Positions 11,901-23,551 of a DNA stretch of 64,000 bases are shown piece after piece. Made by a program: the position numbers and the translations under genes. Every line of letters begins with the position of its first letter. Position 1 is the first letter of the stretch. The notes beneath the pieces are model-generated. The model was given only the letters and a program-made list of their open reading frames with translations. It ran no database searches and was not told where the DNA came from. The stretch spans positions 45,260,001 through 45,324,000 of the forward strand of contig NC_082714.1 in the NCBI RefSeq assembly GCF_030144855.1, given 5' to 3'. This stretch comes from Hypanus sabinus (lineage: Eukaryota).

Positions 11901-13120
11901 CTCAGCTCAGACTGGTAAAACCTGAGATACAGGCATAGCCAAGCATGCTCATTTGTCAATAGCTAGAAACTTTTGGACTAGTCTTGTGGTGCTTAGTATT
12001 GTGACTCTTTCTGGAGACTGTTACGAAACCCCGTAACTAGGTCACTTACCAGCAAAGATAGAGAGGTCCGTTGAAGTCTGATGGTACTATTTTTTTTAAG
12101 TATTTATTGATAAAGGGGCACAAAAATAAGATTAATGCAAACATACAGATAATATACATCATCAATACTAAATCTAAAGCGTGGGTATAATAATAATCAA
12201 TAAGAAATAGCTCTATTGTTGTCTAGGGGATAATGTTTTGTCCGATGGAAATATAACAGTCACTGTTAGTTCGTTCACGCTGCAGCATTTTTAGGTTTAA
12301 GAGCGAGGCAGTTTAAACTTGCCCAGGTCTTTTATGATGCCAATCCGTTGAGTCAGGGGAGTGGGTTTCCCCGGTGTTAGCTAATAGCTGTTTCCATGGT
12401 TTCAGCCACCAGTTCCAGCCACGGAACTGAACGCACGTGGCCTCCTTCAGAAGACTTCCTGCTATATCGTGGTCGCTTAACGTTTCTTCTGGTGCGTCTG
12501 AGGGACTGTTCCTACAGACCCTCTTTTATCCTGACTCGCAGGGTCGTAGATGTCAATCAGGTTGGGGGTGATGCAGTCTCTCCCTCAACCAGCCCACTCT
12601 GCCTGAGGGCGTTCACGTAGCATAGTATCTCAATCCACAAATTTGTCTCCAAAAGACAATGGCCATGTCCCGTAGCTTTACATCGCCGGGGAAACGTCTC
12701 TTCTCCCATTTCCTGGGCCCCTTGACCCAACCCAATAGTGATCATGCGATTCTCACAAAGGAGGGGGCTACAGACGTAACAAGACTTACAGACATAGTGC
12801 TGAGTAACCCTAATTGTTTAATGCTATTGTGCAGTGCCTTTGGGATGATATGAATTGTAGATATTATTATCAGGATAATGCATACCCTGTTCATGTTCCA
12901 ATGTCTTTCAATTTCCTCTTTTAACTCAGCATATTTCTGGTTGTTTTCACTCATTGATTTCTGTAAGTTATGTGTTTTTGGAATGGCTATTCCTATTAAA
13001 TAAGTTGTTCTTGCTTGTTTAACCTGTGTTATGATATCCAGATGGTTATTTTGGATTGTCCTATATGTAACAACTGATCGGTCATAATATAATTTGTGTA
13101 TTCTGACTCGAAAACTAGAT
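11901..13120 (-). mobile_element. R4/Dong-like non-LTR retrotransposon 3' fragment (restriction-like endonuclease), interrupted by a solo LTR
   Basis: ORF 12742-13260 contains KLYYDRSVVT..TI.NNHLDII...TTYLIGIAIP...KYAEL..EI...W, a decayed RLE PD..D..K domain. It continues past the LTR at 12014-11950 as VTILSTTRLVQKFLAIDK*. Confidence 0.75.
12019..12781 (-). mobile_element. Solo LTR (763 bp), Gypsy/ERV-type
   Basis: Termini TGTTACG...CGTAACA (perfect 7-bp inverted repeat); 4-bp TSD AGAC (12015-12018, 12782-12785). AATAAA on the minus strand near 12105 suggests orientation. Confidence 0.88.
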
Positions 13121-13244
13121 CTTCTTCTTCTTATTCTTCTTCTTACTATTAGTTTCTTCCTATTTACTGTGAATGCCCACAAGAAAATCAATCTCAGGGT
13201 TGTATATGGTGAGAGTATTTGAACTTTGAAATGCTTCATCAGCA

Positions 13245-14560
13245 TTAAGACCATAGACACTGGAACAGAACTTGGCCATATAGCTCATTAACTCTGCTAC
13301 ATCATTTGATATGGTTGATTTATTACCCCTTTCATCCCATTTCTCCTGCCTTCTCCCTGTAACCTTTGACACCCTTACTAGTCATGAACCTATCAACAAC
13401 TGCTTTAAACATACCCAATGACTTGTCCTTCACAGCTATCTGTGGCAACGAGTTCCACAAATTCACCACCCTCTTGCTCAAGAAGTTCTGTCTCATCTCT
13501 GTTCTAAGCAGCACTGTGTGTAGTGGTTAGCGCAACGCTTTAAAGTACAGACAATCCGGGTTCAATTCCCAATGTTGCTTGTAAGGAGTTTGTACATTCC
13601 CCCCGTGACTGTGTGGGTTTCCTCTGGGTGATCTGGTTTAATCCCACAATCCAAAGGCGTACTGGTTGGTAGGTTAGTTGGTCATTGTAAATTGTCCTGT
13701 GATTGGGCGAGCATTAAATTGGGTAATTGCTGAGTGGCTTGTCTTGAAGAGCTGGAAGGGCTTACTCTACACTATATCTCAATAAATAAAGGGATGCCAT
13801 TCTATTCTGAGTCTGTGCACTCTGATCCTAGATATCTCCATGAATGGAAACATCTTCTCCACATCCACTCTATCTAGGTCTTCCAATATTCAATAGTTTT
13901 CAATGAATTTCCCACTCATTCTTCTAAACTTCAGTGAGTACAGGCCCAGAGCCAGGATCAAATGTTCCTCATACATTAACTCTTTCATTCCTGGGATCAT
14001 TCTCATGAACATCTTCTGGACCCTCTCCAATGCCAGCATATCCTGTCTTCGATAAAGAGGCCAAAACAGTCACAATACTCCAAGTGCAGTCTGACCAATG
14101 CCTTATAAATCCTCAGCATCAGATCCTTCCCTTTATATCCTAGTCCTCTAGAAATTAATGCTAGCATTGCATTTGCCTTCTTTACCAATGACTCAACCTG
14201 GAAGTTACCCTTTAGGGAATCCTGCATGAGGTCTCCACTGTCCCTTTGCACCTCAGATTTCTAAACTTTCTCCATGTTTAGAAAATAATCTATGCCTTTA
14301 TTCCTTCTGTCAAAGTGCAAGACCATACACTTCCTGATACTGTATTCCATCTGCCACTTCTTTGCCCATTCTGCTAATCTGTTAAGTCCTTCTGCAGAGT
14401 CACTGCTCCCTCGACACTACCTGCCCCTCCACCTATCTTCGTATCACCTGCAAACTTGGCCACAAAGCCATCAATTTCATCATCCAAATCATTAAGATAT
14501 GATGTGAAAAGAAGTGGTCCCAACACAGACCCCTGGGGAACACCACTGGTCTCTAGTGGT
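13245..14560 (-). mobile_element. 5'-truncated CR1 fragment (RT to 3' end)
   Basis: ORFs 14003-14251 (VKKANAMLALISRG, LYKALVRLHLEYC-like) and 13332-13514 (RVVNLWNSLP). Confidence 0.88.
13508..13790 (+). mobile_element. tRNA-derived V-SINE (HE1-like) inserted in CR1
   Basis: A-box-like 'gtgtagtggttag', B box GGTTCAATTCC, central 'gagtttgtacattcccccgtgactgtgtgggtttcctc', tail (AATA)n. It splits the CR1 sequence 'gttctaa|gggatgcc'. Confidence 0.85.
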
Positions 14561-16024
14561 TAACTGGATAAACCTCCTTGAATTATGTAATACACTCACT
14601 AATTCATATGAATCTCTGGCCCATAACCATTCAGAGTGCAGACGGTGTATCTGGAATGGCACTAACAATCTTAAGTCTCTTCATCAGGCATAGAACGTTA
14701 AGTGCAAATGGCATAAGGAAAGCACCATTTCCCAAATTACCCACTCACCCACCTCATCACAGATTTCTTGTCCTATCTTTGGCAGAGTCTGCGGATCTAT
14801 CTTGGGCTCATTGGTCAATTCAGAATCTACAGAAGTGAAATGGAATTACATCATCCTCAATCTCGAGCAAGTTCCTTAAAAAAAAAGATGTGATTGAAAG
14901 TTACGTATCCTGGCTGCAGGTGATAGAAAAATAGATGCACAGGGAAAATCATTTAAGTCAGTGGATCATCCCGTTCTAGATGACGAAACCCACTCTAAGA
15001 AGACAACATTCCTTTTCTGGTTTGTTTGCCCAGGTGCTGCATACACTATCTTGATCATTGGGGTGGTCATCCTCTACCTGAGATATTTTGCACAGTGCAG
15101 CAGTATCTATATTTATGAGCTCTGAAAGTGGCGAGACTTTCAGGTCGGTCTCTGTTGGATCCTGAAGTGCCAGGTCCAGATATTCATACTGACCAGTGGA
15201 AACTTTCTGTCCACAAATTCTTTAATGGGAGATGGCCACTACACATGAGCACCACATGGGGACCTCAGAGAGTGAGCTCGCTGTCTAATGGCAAAGGGAT
15301 TGTGTTGTGCTGACACATGTGCTCTTGCAACCACCTCTTTCTTAAACCTGTCCTTCAGCCATTGTTTCCTTTCTCCTTCTCACCCTCATCTTCCTCTTCA
15401 CTGTCCACTTCCTCACACCCTTCCTCAGTACCCTTTGCACCATTATCTTCACGGACTTTTCCCCTGTTGGCCACCTTTTTGATGAAGTTAGTCACTTCTT
15501 CTGGGTAGTAAATATATTCAGGGGCTGGCTGAGATTCCAACACTGATCTCTGTAAGAAGCTATTGCTCCAATCCTGCTAATAACCATTCCTTCCCATTAT
15601 TTACTTCTGTAGTCTTCCAACCAGCTTGAAACAATTCCATGAATTTGAGTTTAACCTACAGCCTCTTATGTTGGTTTTATTATTTGCAGTCAGGAACTCC
15701 ATAGAAATAACAACCATTGATATTCTTCTGTCAAGCATTTGATTTACTTGTTAAAAGAAATCAATAAGATTGTGATATCCTTATAGTCTGGACTCTTTGA
15801 ACACATGTTGGCTGATTCTGAACATCTAATATAATTCACTCCCTCTTCGATCCATTTGATCCAGATGGTCAGATGACAACATGCTTTTTGAAACACAAAG
15901 ACATTCAGGGATACTGAGTGGTGCAGTTGTCCATTTACGTGCAGTGACAGTAATACGTTCCTGACCTCAGCTCTACTCCCTTCTGTTTCAATCATTCCTT
16001 AGTTTTTCCACTATTCTTTTACCC

Positions 16025-16882
16025 CTTTCACGAGAGGGCATACAGGAGCGCGATATGCCAACTGGTCGAGTGTTGCCGCAGCAACAATCTTGCACTCAAT
16101 GTCAGTAAGATAAAAGAGCTGATTGTGGACTTCAGGAAGGGAAAGATGAAGGAACACATACCAATCCTCAAAGAGGGATCAGAAGTGGAGAGAGTGAGCA
16201 GTTTCAAGTTCCTGTGTATCAAGATCTCTGAGGACCTAACCTGGTCCCAAAGAGGGCAAGACAATAACTATACTTCATTATGAGTTTGAAGAGATTTGGT
16301 ATGTCAACAAAAACACTCAAAAACTTCTACAGGTATATTGTGGAGAGCATTCTGATAGGCTGTGTCACTGTCTGGTATGGTGCAGAGAAGCTCCAGAGGG
16401 TTGTAAATTTAATTGAAGAAGCTGCAGAGGGTTGTAAATTTAATTGGCTCCATCTTGGCTACTATCCTACAAAGTATCCAGGACACCTTCAAGGAGCCGT
16501 GTCTCAGAAAGACAGCGTCCATTATTAAGGACCTCCAGCACCCAGGGCATGCTCCTTTCACACTGTTACCATCAGGTAGGAGATCCAGAAGCCTGAGGGC
16601 ACACAGTCAGTGATGCAGGAACAGCTTCTTCCCCTCTACCATTCAATCCCTAAATGGACATTGAAGCCATGAACACTACCTCACTTTACTAATATATATT
16701 ACTTTTGTTTTTGCATGATTTTTAATCTATCAATGTAAGTATCCTGTAATTTATTTATTAATTATTATTGTTTTATTTTGTATTTTTCTCTTCTTCTATA
16801 TTATCTATTGCATTGAACTGCTGCTGCTAAGTTAACAAATTCCATGACATATACTGGTGATAATAAACCTGATTCTGATTCT
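16025..16882 (+). mobile_element. Rex1/Babar-type LINE 3' fragment
   Basis: Reads LVECCRSNNLALNVSKIKELIVDFRK, LKRFGMS.KTL.NFYR..VESIL.GC and LLPSGRR; tail AATAAAcctgattctgattct. Confidence 0.85.
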
Positions 16883-17899
16883 AAGCTCACCCATCTCTAA
16901 TCTCCATCCAAGCCCAATAGCTCAAAGTCCTTGTGATCGCACTGTGATAAAATGCAATACCACTGCAGTTCTGGGAAAACTCCACAGGAATGTACACAGA
17001 TAACAATTCAGAAACACTTCACTGTCTTTGAGGTGCTTTTGGGCAATGAATGATTTTACATCAAATGCAAGTTCTTTTACAGAAGAGGAAAGGCTTCAAT
17101 TTCAATGGAACACAGGAACTATATCATGAATTATATGAGACTGGTCTTGAGCATCTCTGAAGTACGTTTAGTATCAGATCAATCTCTTGCAATTAGGCAG
17201 TATCCTGAGGAATGTCTGAAACCGAAATGGAATATTTTAACGTGCCCTATTTCCCGTGTAAGGAATTTCCAGCTTAATTGTTTAATTTCCAGTTTCTTTG
17301 GTTTACACATGGCGTTCAACACCACATAATGTGATTACACACTAAGTAAAAGTAATACCCATGATTCAGCATGTCAATGTACCTACACACATGTAATGTA
17401 CAACTCACATGAAACCATTTATACTTTTCTGCACTCACACATTTGTGGTTATTTCCAAAAGAGGAGACTGGATGATTGACTCATCAGGAACAAAAGGTAA
17501 CTTTGAGAACCTGTGATGACTGCAAAGTGGTTATATCTGCACATTAGATCATGCCTAGCATATCTCCAGCAGAGGATCCACAAAGTGAAGAAATGGAGGG
17601 AGGTTTCCCATTATAGATTTTCTTACACCTTGAATATTATTGCACTTTAATCTGAGAGCTAGAGAGGAGGTATTTGGTCAAGCAGTGCAGAAATCAAAAT
17701 AAAGAGTGAGTGTAGAAATTTTATTATTTTTAAGTTTTTTTTCCACATTTTTTGCATGACATAGAAGGCATCAGCCTAACAAATCTGTACTAGATCTCAG
17801 AACCTTCCCATCAGTCCACTCTCGCATTTGTTTGTCCACAATTTATTCTTTTTCTTATGCCCATCGATTACATCAATAACACCACCTCCCCAACCCCTG

Positions 17900-19150
17900 A
17901 TTCTCCTGCTGCCCACGCACACTAGGCGTAATTTACTGTAACCAATTTACTATCAGATTTCTGAATGGTCCATGAATGCGTGCGGTTTCTCGCTCTCTCT
18001 CTTTCCCTCTCACTCTCTATCTCTCTATCTGCTTATTTATCTGTTTGTTTGTTTATTACTTGCAACTTGAAAGAATTTTTATGTATTCTTGCCATAAAAC
18101 AACAAATTTCATGACACATGCCAGTGATATTAAATCTGATTCCAATTCACATCTTCGGGATATAAGGAGAAAATGGTTTCAGGGGAAAGTTCCACACAGA
18201 CTGCACTGGAGGTCTGAGATGAACCCAGGTCAATCTGAAACAGAAGCACTGCCTACAGTGTCATGCTGTTCTGGATCTTGCATACCTGTCACTGATTGAC
18301 AGATGATTTTACCCAAGCATGTACAGCCCTTGCAGAAACAGCTTCATTCTTGTTTGTTGAAGATAACGTGGCTAATTTTGCTCTGCCCATATTATTACAA
18401 CTAGCATTAGCTCACCTAGAGGTACTGTCACTTTCAATATGACTGCTGGACACATAATGCCAACAGGTTCTATTGGCATATTGTTTATGAGGCTTAAAGT
18501 TAGGTTTGGGAGGTACACCTATTATATGGTCATATGGTAGAACTAGTTAATGAAACATAAGATTGTTCTACCTAATGTTAATGCACACTTCTCCAACCTA
18601 ACTGCATCCGATTACTCCTCTTAGGGAAGAAGATAGTTGATCGATAATACAGTCACAGAACGACACAGCAGTAGAATAGACCCTTTCACCTATCGAGTCT
18701 GTGATCACCATCAACGTTTACATTAATCCCATTAGATTTTATTTTTATTTTGAGATGCAGCCTTCAGGCTTAACAAGCCCAGCCATCTTCGGGATGTGGG
18801 TGGAAATCAGAGCACCAAGAGGAAAGCCACAAAGTCATGAGGAAAACAAAGAAAGTCCTTACAGACTGCGGCAGGAATTGAATGCAGGTCGCCGGCGTTG
18901 TAAAGCGTTGCGCTAACCGTGCCACCCCATAAACATTCCTCTCAACAGATGTTCCTGCCTCTAGATTTTATCACTCACCTGCGCACTTCAGCTAACTTAC
19001 TTTGGCCAATTAATCGACCAACGCGCATGGCTTTGTGATATGGAGAAAAACTGAAAGCGTTTGGAGGAATCCATGCCCTCATAGGGAGAGTGTGTAAGCA
19101 GAAACATATGGTTGAACCCAGGCCACTGAAGCCAGAAGCAGCAGCTGTAC
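17900..19150 (-). mobile_element. Cluster of degenerate V-SINEs (about 17900-18270, 18650-18930, 18975-19150)
   Basis: Antisense V-SINE motifs 'cttcgggatgtgggtggaaatcagagcacc', 'ggaattgaa' (B box) and 'gcgttgcgctaacc' (A box). The first copy is interrupted by a Rex-type tail at about 17960-18145. Confidence 0.65.
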
Positions 19151-19317
19151 AAGCTGTATATCCGATCGCAGACTTCCTCATAGACTTTTCCAAGACATAC
19201 TTCTCCAGCCCGAATCTCACCACGCTGCTAAAGGCCATTAGAGCTGTCCTAAGTTTTCACGTCTTGGTGGTTGAGTTAGAGTGGACATTTAGAGGACATA
19301 CTGCAACTGCATATTGC

Positions 19318-20175
19318 AAGTGTATACCATGACTGTGTCATCACACACAGCTCCAATCTGTTAATTAAATTTGCTGATGATACTAGACTGATTGGCCTAA
19401 TGTCAAATAATAATGAGGCAGTCTGACACAATGATGTCAAGAAAATGACCTCTTCCTCAATGTCGCAAAAACAGAGTAACTGGTCGTGGATTACAGGAGG
19501 AATGGAGACAGGATAACCCCTATTGATGTTGATGGATCTGGGGTTGAGACGGTGAACAGCTTTAAACTCGTTGGCATACACATCACGGAGGATCTTACGT
19601 GGTCTGTACACACTGGCTGTGTGGTGAAAAAGGCACAACAGCACCTCTTTCACCTCAGACAGCTGAAGAAGTTTGGTATGGGCCCCCAAATCCTAAGAAC
19701 TTTCAATAGGGGCATGATTGAGAGCATCCTGAATGGCTGCATCACTGCCCGGTATGGAAACTGTACTTCCCTCAATCGCAGGACTCTGCAGAGACTGGTG
19801 CGGACAGTCCAGCGCATCAGTAGGTGTGAACTTTCCACCATTCAGAACATTTACAAAAAACAAGTGTGTAAAAAGGGCCCGAAGGATCATTGGGGACCTG
19901 AGACACCCCAACCACAAACCATCCGGGAAACGGTACTGCAGCATAAAAGCCAGGACCAACAGGCTCTGGGACAGCTTCTTCCACCAGGCCATCAGGCTGA
20001 ATAATTCATGCTGACACAATTGTATTTCTATGTTATATTTACTGTCCTGTTTTACATACTATTTATTACAAATTACTATGATACCACATTGCACATTTAG
20101 ACAGAGACGTAATGTAAAGATTTTTACACCTCATGTATATGAAGGATATAAGTAATAAAGTCAATTCAATTCAAC
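19318..20175 (+). mobile_element. Rex1/Babar-type LINE 3' fragment
   Basis: IKFADDT..IGL near 19365, then ORF 19486-20004 (VNSFKLVGIHITEDLTWS.H...VKKAQQHLFHLRQLKKF); tail AATAAAgtcaattcaattcaa. Confidence 0.88.
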
Positions 20176-20179
20176 TCAA

Positions 20180-20455
20180 CCTGCCTCCATCTCCTAACTC
20201 CAGCCATCCCCTCCCCCACCTGCCCATGATCCTTCACACCTCCTTTCATCTGCTCTCCTTCCATCTCATTCTTCCCTCTCTCTGCTTCACATTGGCTGTC
20301 CTCCCTCTCCACTCTCAGTCCTGAGATAGGATCTTGACCCAAAACTTTGTCAATTTTTCACTTGCCCTGCCGCAGATGTTGCTTGACCCACTGAGTTTCT
20401 CCAGCTGTTGTTTTTTGCTCCAATTTCCAGCATCTGCAGTCTCCTGTGCTTCCAC
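20180..20455 (+). mobile_element. Penelope-like element 3' terminus
   Basis: Pyrimidine-rich UTR, decayed hammerhead 'cagtcctgagataggatcttgacccaaaac', then 'tttccagcatctgcagtctc'. Confidence 0.65.
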
Positions 20456-21069
20456 TTGGAAGACACACACTGGAATTTTTTAAAAATCACCTTCTGTGCA
20501 ACACCGAAACAGTTCAATGATCAAAGGGAATTTGGAACCATTCACTTTCATATTCCAAGTGTTCACAATTTCTGCAACAGGGTTTCCCAGCACCAGTACA
20601 ACCTTGTCTTGGACAGAGTGCCTTTATCCCTTTGCTTTAGAAGGTTGTAAGACCATTTTCAGCCCGAAGTCCAAGCTGACCATTCTGTACTGGGTGACTG
20701 CTGCACCATTCTTCAGAAGCAACATAAAACCATGCCTGACCTTTCAGATGAATATACAAGATCACAAAAATATTGTGCAAAGAAGTATAGGAACATTTTC
20801 TTTGTTCCTTGGTTGATACTCCTTTTACAACTAAATCAAAGATAAGGGTTCAGGCTTGTCAGACACAATTATTATCCTTGCTGTGTTACCATGGCAACCG
20901 ACATCCCACACTTTAAGTACAATGGACTGGTACGTCACAAGCACCTCACAGAAATCGACCAATAATTCCCAAAATAATAGATCGTTTTATCAAAGAAACA
21001 TTGTAGAGTATAAACATTCAATTCAAATTCCTGCTTGTTTGTTTTTTTTATTGTTTATGTTAAACTTAT

Positions 21070-21275
21070 GCTGTTGAAGACATTCAGCCCATTGAGTCCC
21101 TGCTGCTGTCATCCCCGTCTAATCCATTACTCTACTTATTCTCCTATGTCCTTGGCTTTCCTGTCACTCACTCACATTGTGGGCAATTTACAGAAGTCAG
21201 TTAGCCTGCAGCACATCTTTGAGATAGGAGGAAACCAATGCATCCAGTGGAAACCCATGAGGTCACAGAGAACAA
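21070..21275 (-). mobile_element. Degenerate V-SINE
   Basis: 'gggcaatttacag...ttagcct...catctttg...ggaggaaacc...ggaaacccatgaggtcacagagaac'. Confidence 0.6.
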
Positions 21276-21565
21276 CTTCTATTCTGTCGTTTTTCTCCTC
21301 CAGTTTCCCAGCATTGAGCAGCTGAATGCAAAATCCTGTGGTGAAATTCCCCATTCTTTCAGTACCAAGCAGTTCTTTTGCCACGCAGAAATGAGGGCTG
21401 ATTTGTGCCTGCACACTTCCAGCACTTCCATCTTAGTATGCAGAAATGTTTTCTATGTCTGCAGACAATTGTCTCCATCAAGGAGTTTTAAAAAAACAGA
21501 TCCATATGCAGTATTCATTTTCCTCAGGCTTTGGCCCTGTTGTACTCCAGCCTCCTTCATGTCTT

Positions 21566-22015
21566 AGAACATAGAACAATACAGTTCAGAAAGAGCCCCC
21601 CCAGCACACAATGTTGTGCTGAAACAATTAAATTAACAATCAATTGCTCAACTAACCTAATCCGTTATGTCTACACAATGTCCATAACCCTCCGTTTTCC
21701 TCACATTCATGTACTTATCTAAAACTCCCTTAGAGTTCCCTAATATATCTGCCTCTACCACTACCCCACCAGTTCATTCCAGGCACCTACCACTCTCTGT
21801 GTAAAAAAAAACTCCCCCTTCACCTCTGCTTTAAAATGACCCCTCTCAACTTAAATGCTTGTCTTCTGGTATTCGGCATGTCAACCCTGGGAGAAAGATA
21901 CTGCTTGTCTACTCTTTCTATACCTCTCATAATCTTATAAACTTCTATCAGATCTCCTCTCAGCCTCAAAAGTTCCAGAGAAAACAACTCAAGTTTGTCC
22001 AACCTCTGGTTATCC
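21566..22015 (-). mobile_element. CR1 3' fragment
   Basis: ORF 21820-22032 RLDKLELFSLELLRLRGDLIEVYKIMRGI; tail 'tagaacatagaaca'. Confidence 0.85.
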
Positions 22016-22157
22016 CAAGTGCTGAGGCACAAAGCGACTTGGGAGTCCTTGTGCAGGATTCCCTAAAGGTTAACTTGCAGGTTGAAGAAGACAAATGCAA
22101 TTGTAGCATCTGTGAAGTGGTATTTTTTTCTCTCATCTGACTGGTTGCTGCACTCAC

Positions 22158-22830
22158 TGTGCTTTCTTTACGACAGTTATTTAGTTTATAATATTTTCAC
22201 TTAGTAATTCATTCAATAGTATTTTCTAGTTAGAATTAGAAGTGTTTAAAGTATATTCATTGCATGTAAAATATATCGGCATGCGATGACGTCACATCCG
22301 GTTTCGCCGCGTCTTGTGGGAAAGTACCGGTTTGAAATTAGCGCGAGGGTGGGGGCTCACCACGAGGCACAAGTTGAGCAGAAGTTGTTTTGCAGGCATG
22401 AGAAATCACAGTGAGAGCAACGCTGTAAGTTAATAGATAATCGATATATTGAACTAAGATGTTAATGCCGATCCTGTTAGAAGTAACGACGGTAGATAAT
22501 GTTTATGCTTTCGTTAGTTAAAGAGTTGCGGATAGTTTGCATGGAAGTGTATTTAAAGTAGTCAATGGAGTAGGTAAACTCTGCCAGTATACTGCACCTT
22601 AGTGTAATGTAGTTATAGTCACCTTTGCAAGTATTTACAATTGAAATGTGATATTAAGGAAGGAACAAATACTGTATCAATCTTGTATTGTTTTATCAAC
22701 AGTTTTCACCATATGTTAATGTGAAGAGTGAACAGTAAATGGTTAATCTTACTGCGATCTGGTTCTTATTGACTGTGGTTTATCTCGACGTTTAATTCAG
22801 CGTTCGTTACACGCGAAGGAGAACGTTACA
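22158..22830 (+). mobile_element. Solo LTR (673 bp), 5-bp TSD
   Basis: TGT...ACA termini flanked by CTCAC (22153-22157, 22831-22835); CpG-rich core with TGACGTCA and CCGGTTT motifs. Orientation tentative. Confidence 0.75.
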
Positions 22831-22874
22831 CTCACTTTGAGGAAATTAAATTACATAGTACCAAACTAGCTGTA

Positions 22875-23080
22875 GCACTAAGGTGGACCCCACAGGGAAA
22901 GCGAAGTAGGGGCAGGCCCAAAATGACGTGGCAAAGATCTGTGGAAGCAGAACTGAAAGAAGTCGGCATGAACTGGGAAACGACGAGCAGCAGAGCGAAA
23001 GACCGGCAGAAATGGAAGACCCTTGTGGAGGCCCCATGTGCCACCTAGTCACTAAGGGTTCGGACGACGACGGTGACTAG
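22875..23080 (+). mobile_element. RTE-clade LINE extreme 3' fragment
   Basis: Reads WTPQGKRSRGRPKMTWQRSVEAELKEVGMNWETTSSRAKDRQKWKTLVEAPCAT*, the RGRP..W / A.DR..W C-terminus of RTE ORFs; short (GAC)n tail. Confidence 0.8.
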
Positions 23081-23551
23081 TGCTAGTGCTAGTAGGCCAT
23101 CAGAAGCTCGAGGTATCAGAAAGAAACAGTGAATAGAAAACACACCTTTCTAGAGGTACATTTTGTTTATAAAAAACAGCAATATATACAAAATATTTAC
23201 ATGAGTAAGAACAATTCAAAATTCCAACATTCTGTTTAGGTTCTAAATCACAGATACCAAATTAAGACCAATTTCCTTGTTAGTTAGAATCAGTGACATT
23301 CATTAGAACAACCTTCATTACTCCAATCTCTCTAACTAATTAGATCTAGTGTTATTCCCTATTGAAAGGTTTACACACTAACTTTTCCTTTGTATTTATC
23401 CCTAAGTATTATGGTTAACTTCAAATTCAGTTCCAGTCAGTATGTCTATAAATTCAAATTCAAGCTCAAAAATTATACATATATACAGCTTCATGACCAA
23501 TTTGACTTTCCTGCGAGTGGTGTACTTGTGAACAGGGACTAAAGAAAGTTG

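Larger units (their letters stand above)
7480..13230 (+). mobile_element. Rex1/Babar-type LINE 3' end split into three pieces (7480-7791, 11797-11900, ~13150-13230)
   Basis: 7480-7750 encodes KSLQKVI.TA and HPSHALFSLLPSGRRYR-like motifs, as at 16280-16613. The sequence 'ctacactgaact|gttcccacaaactatagattcactttcaaggac' rejoins when the CR1 is removed. Confidence 0.7.

Noticed and set aside
12742-13260. 172-aa Arg-rich protein
   Set aside because: Read-through across a Rex1 UTR, an (AAG)n tract, an R4/Dong fragment and an LTR edge.
16386-16446. 31-bp tandem duplication
   Set aside because: Local slippage within a dead Rex1 copy; no wider significance.
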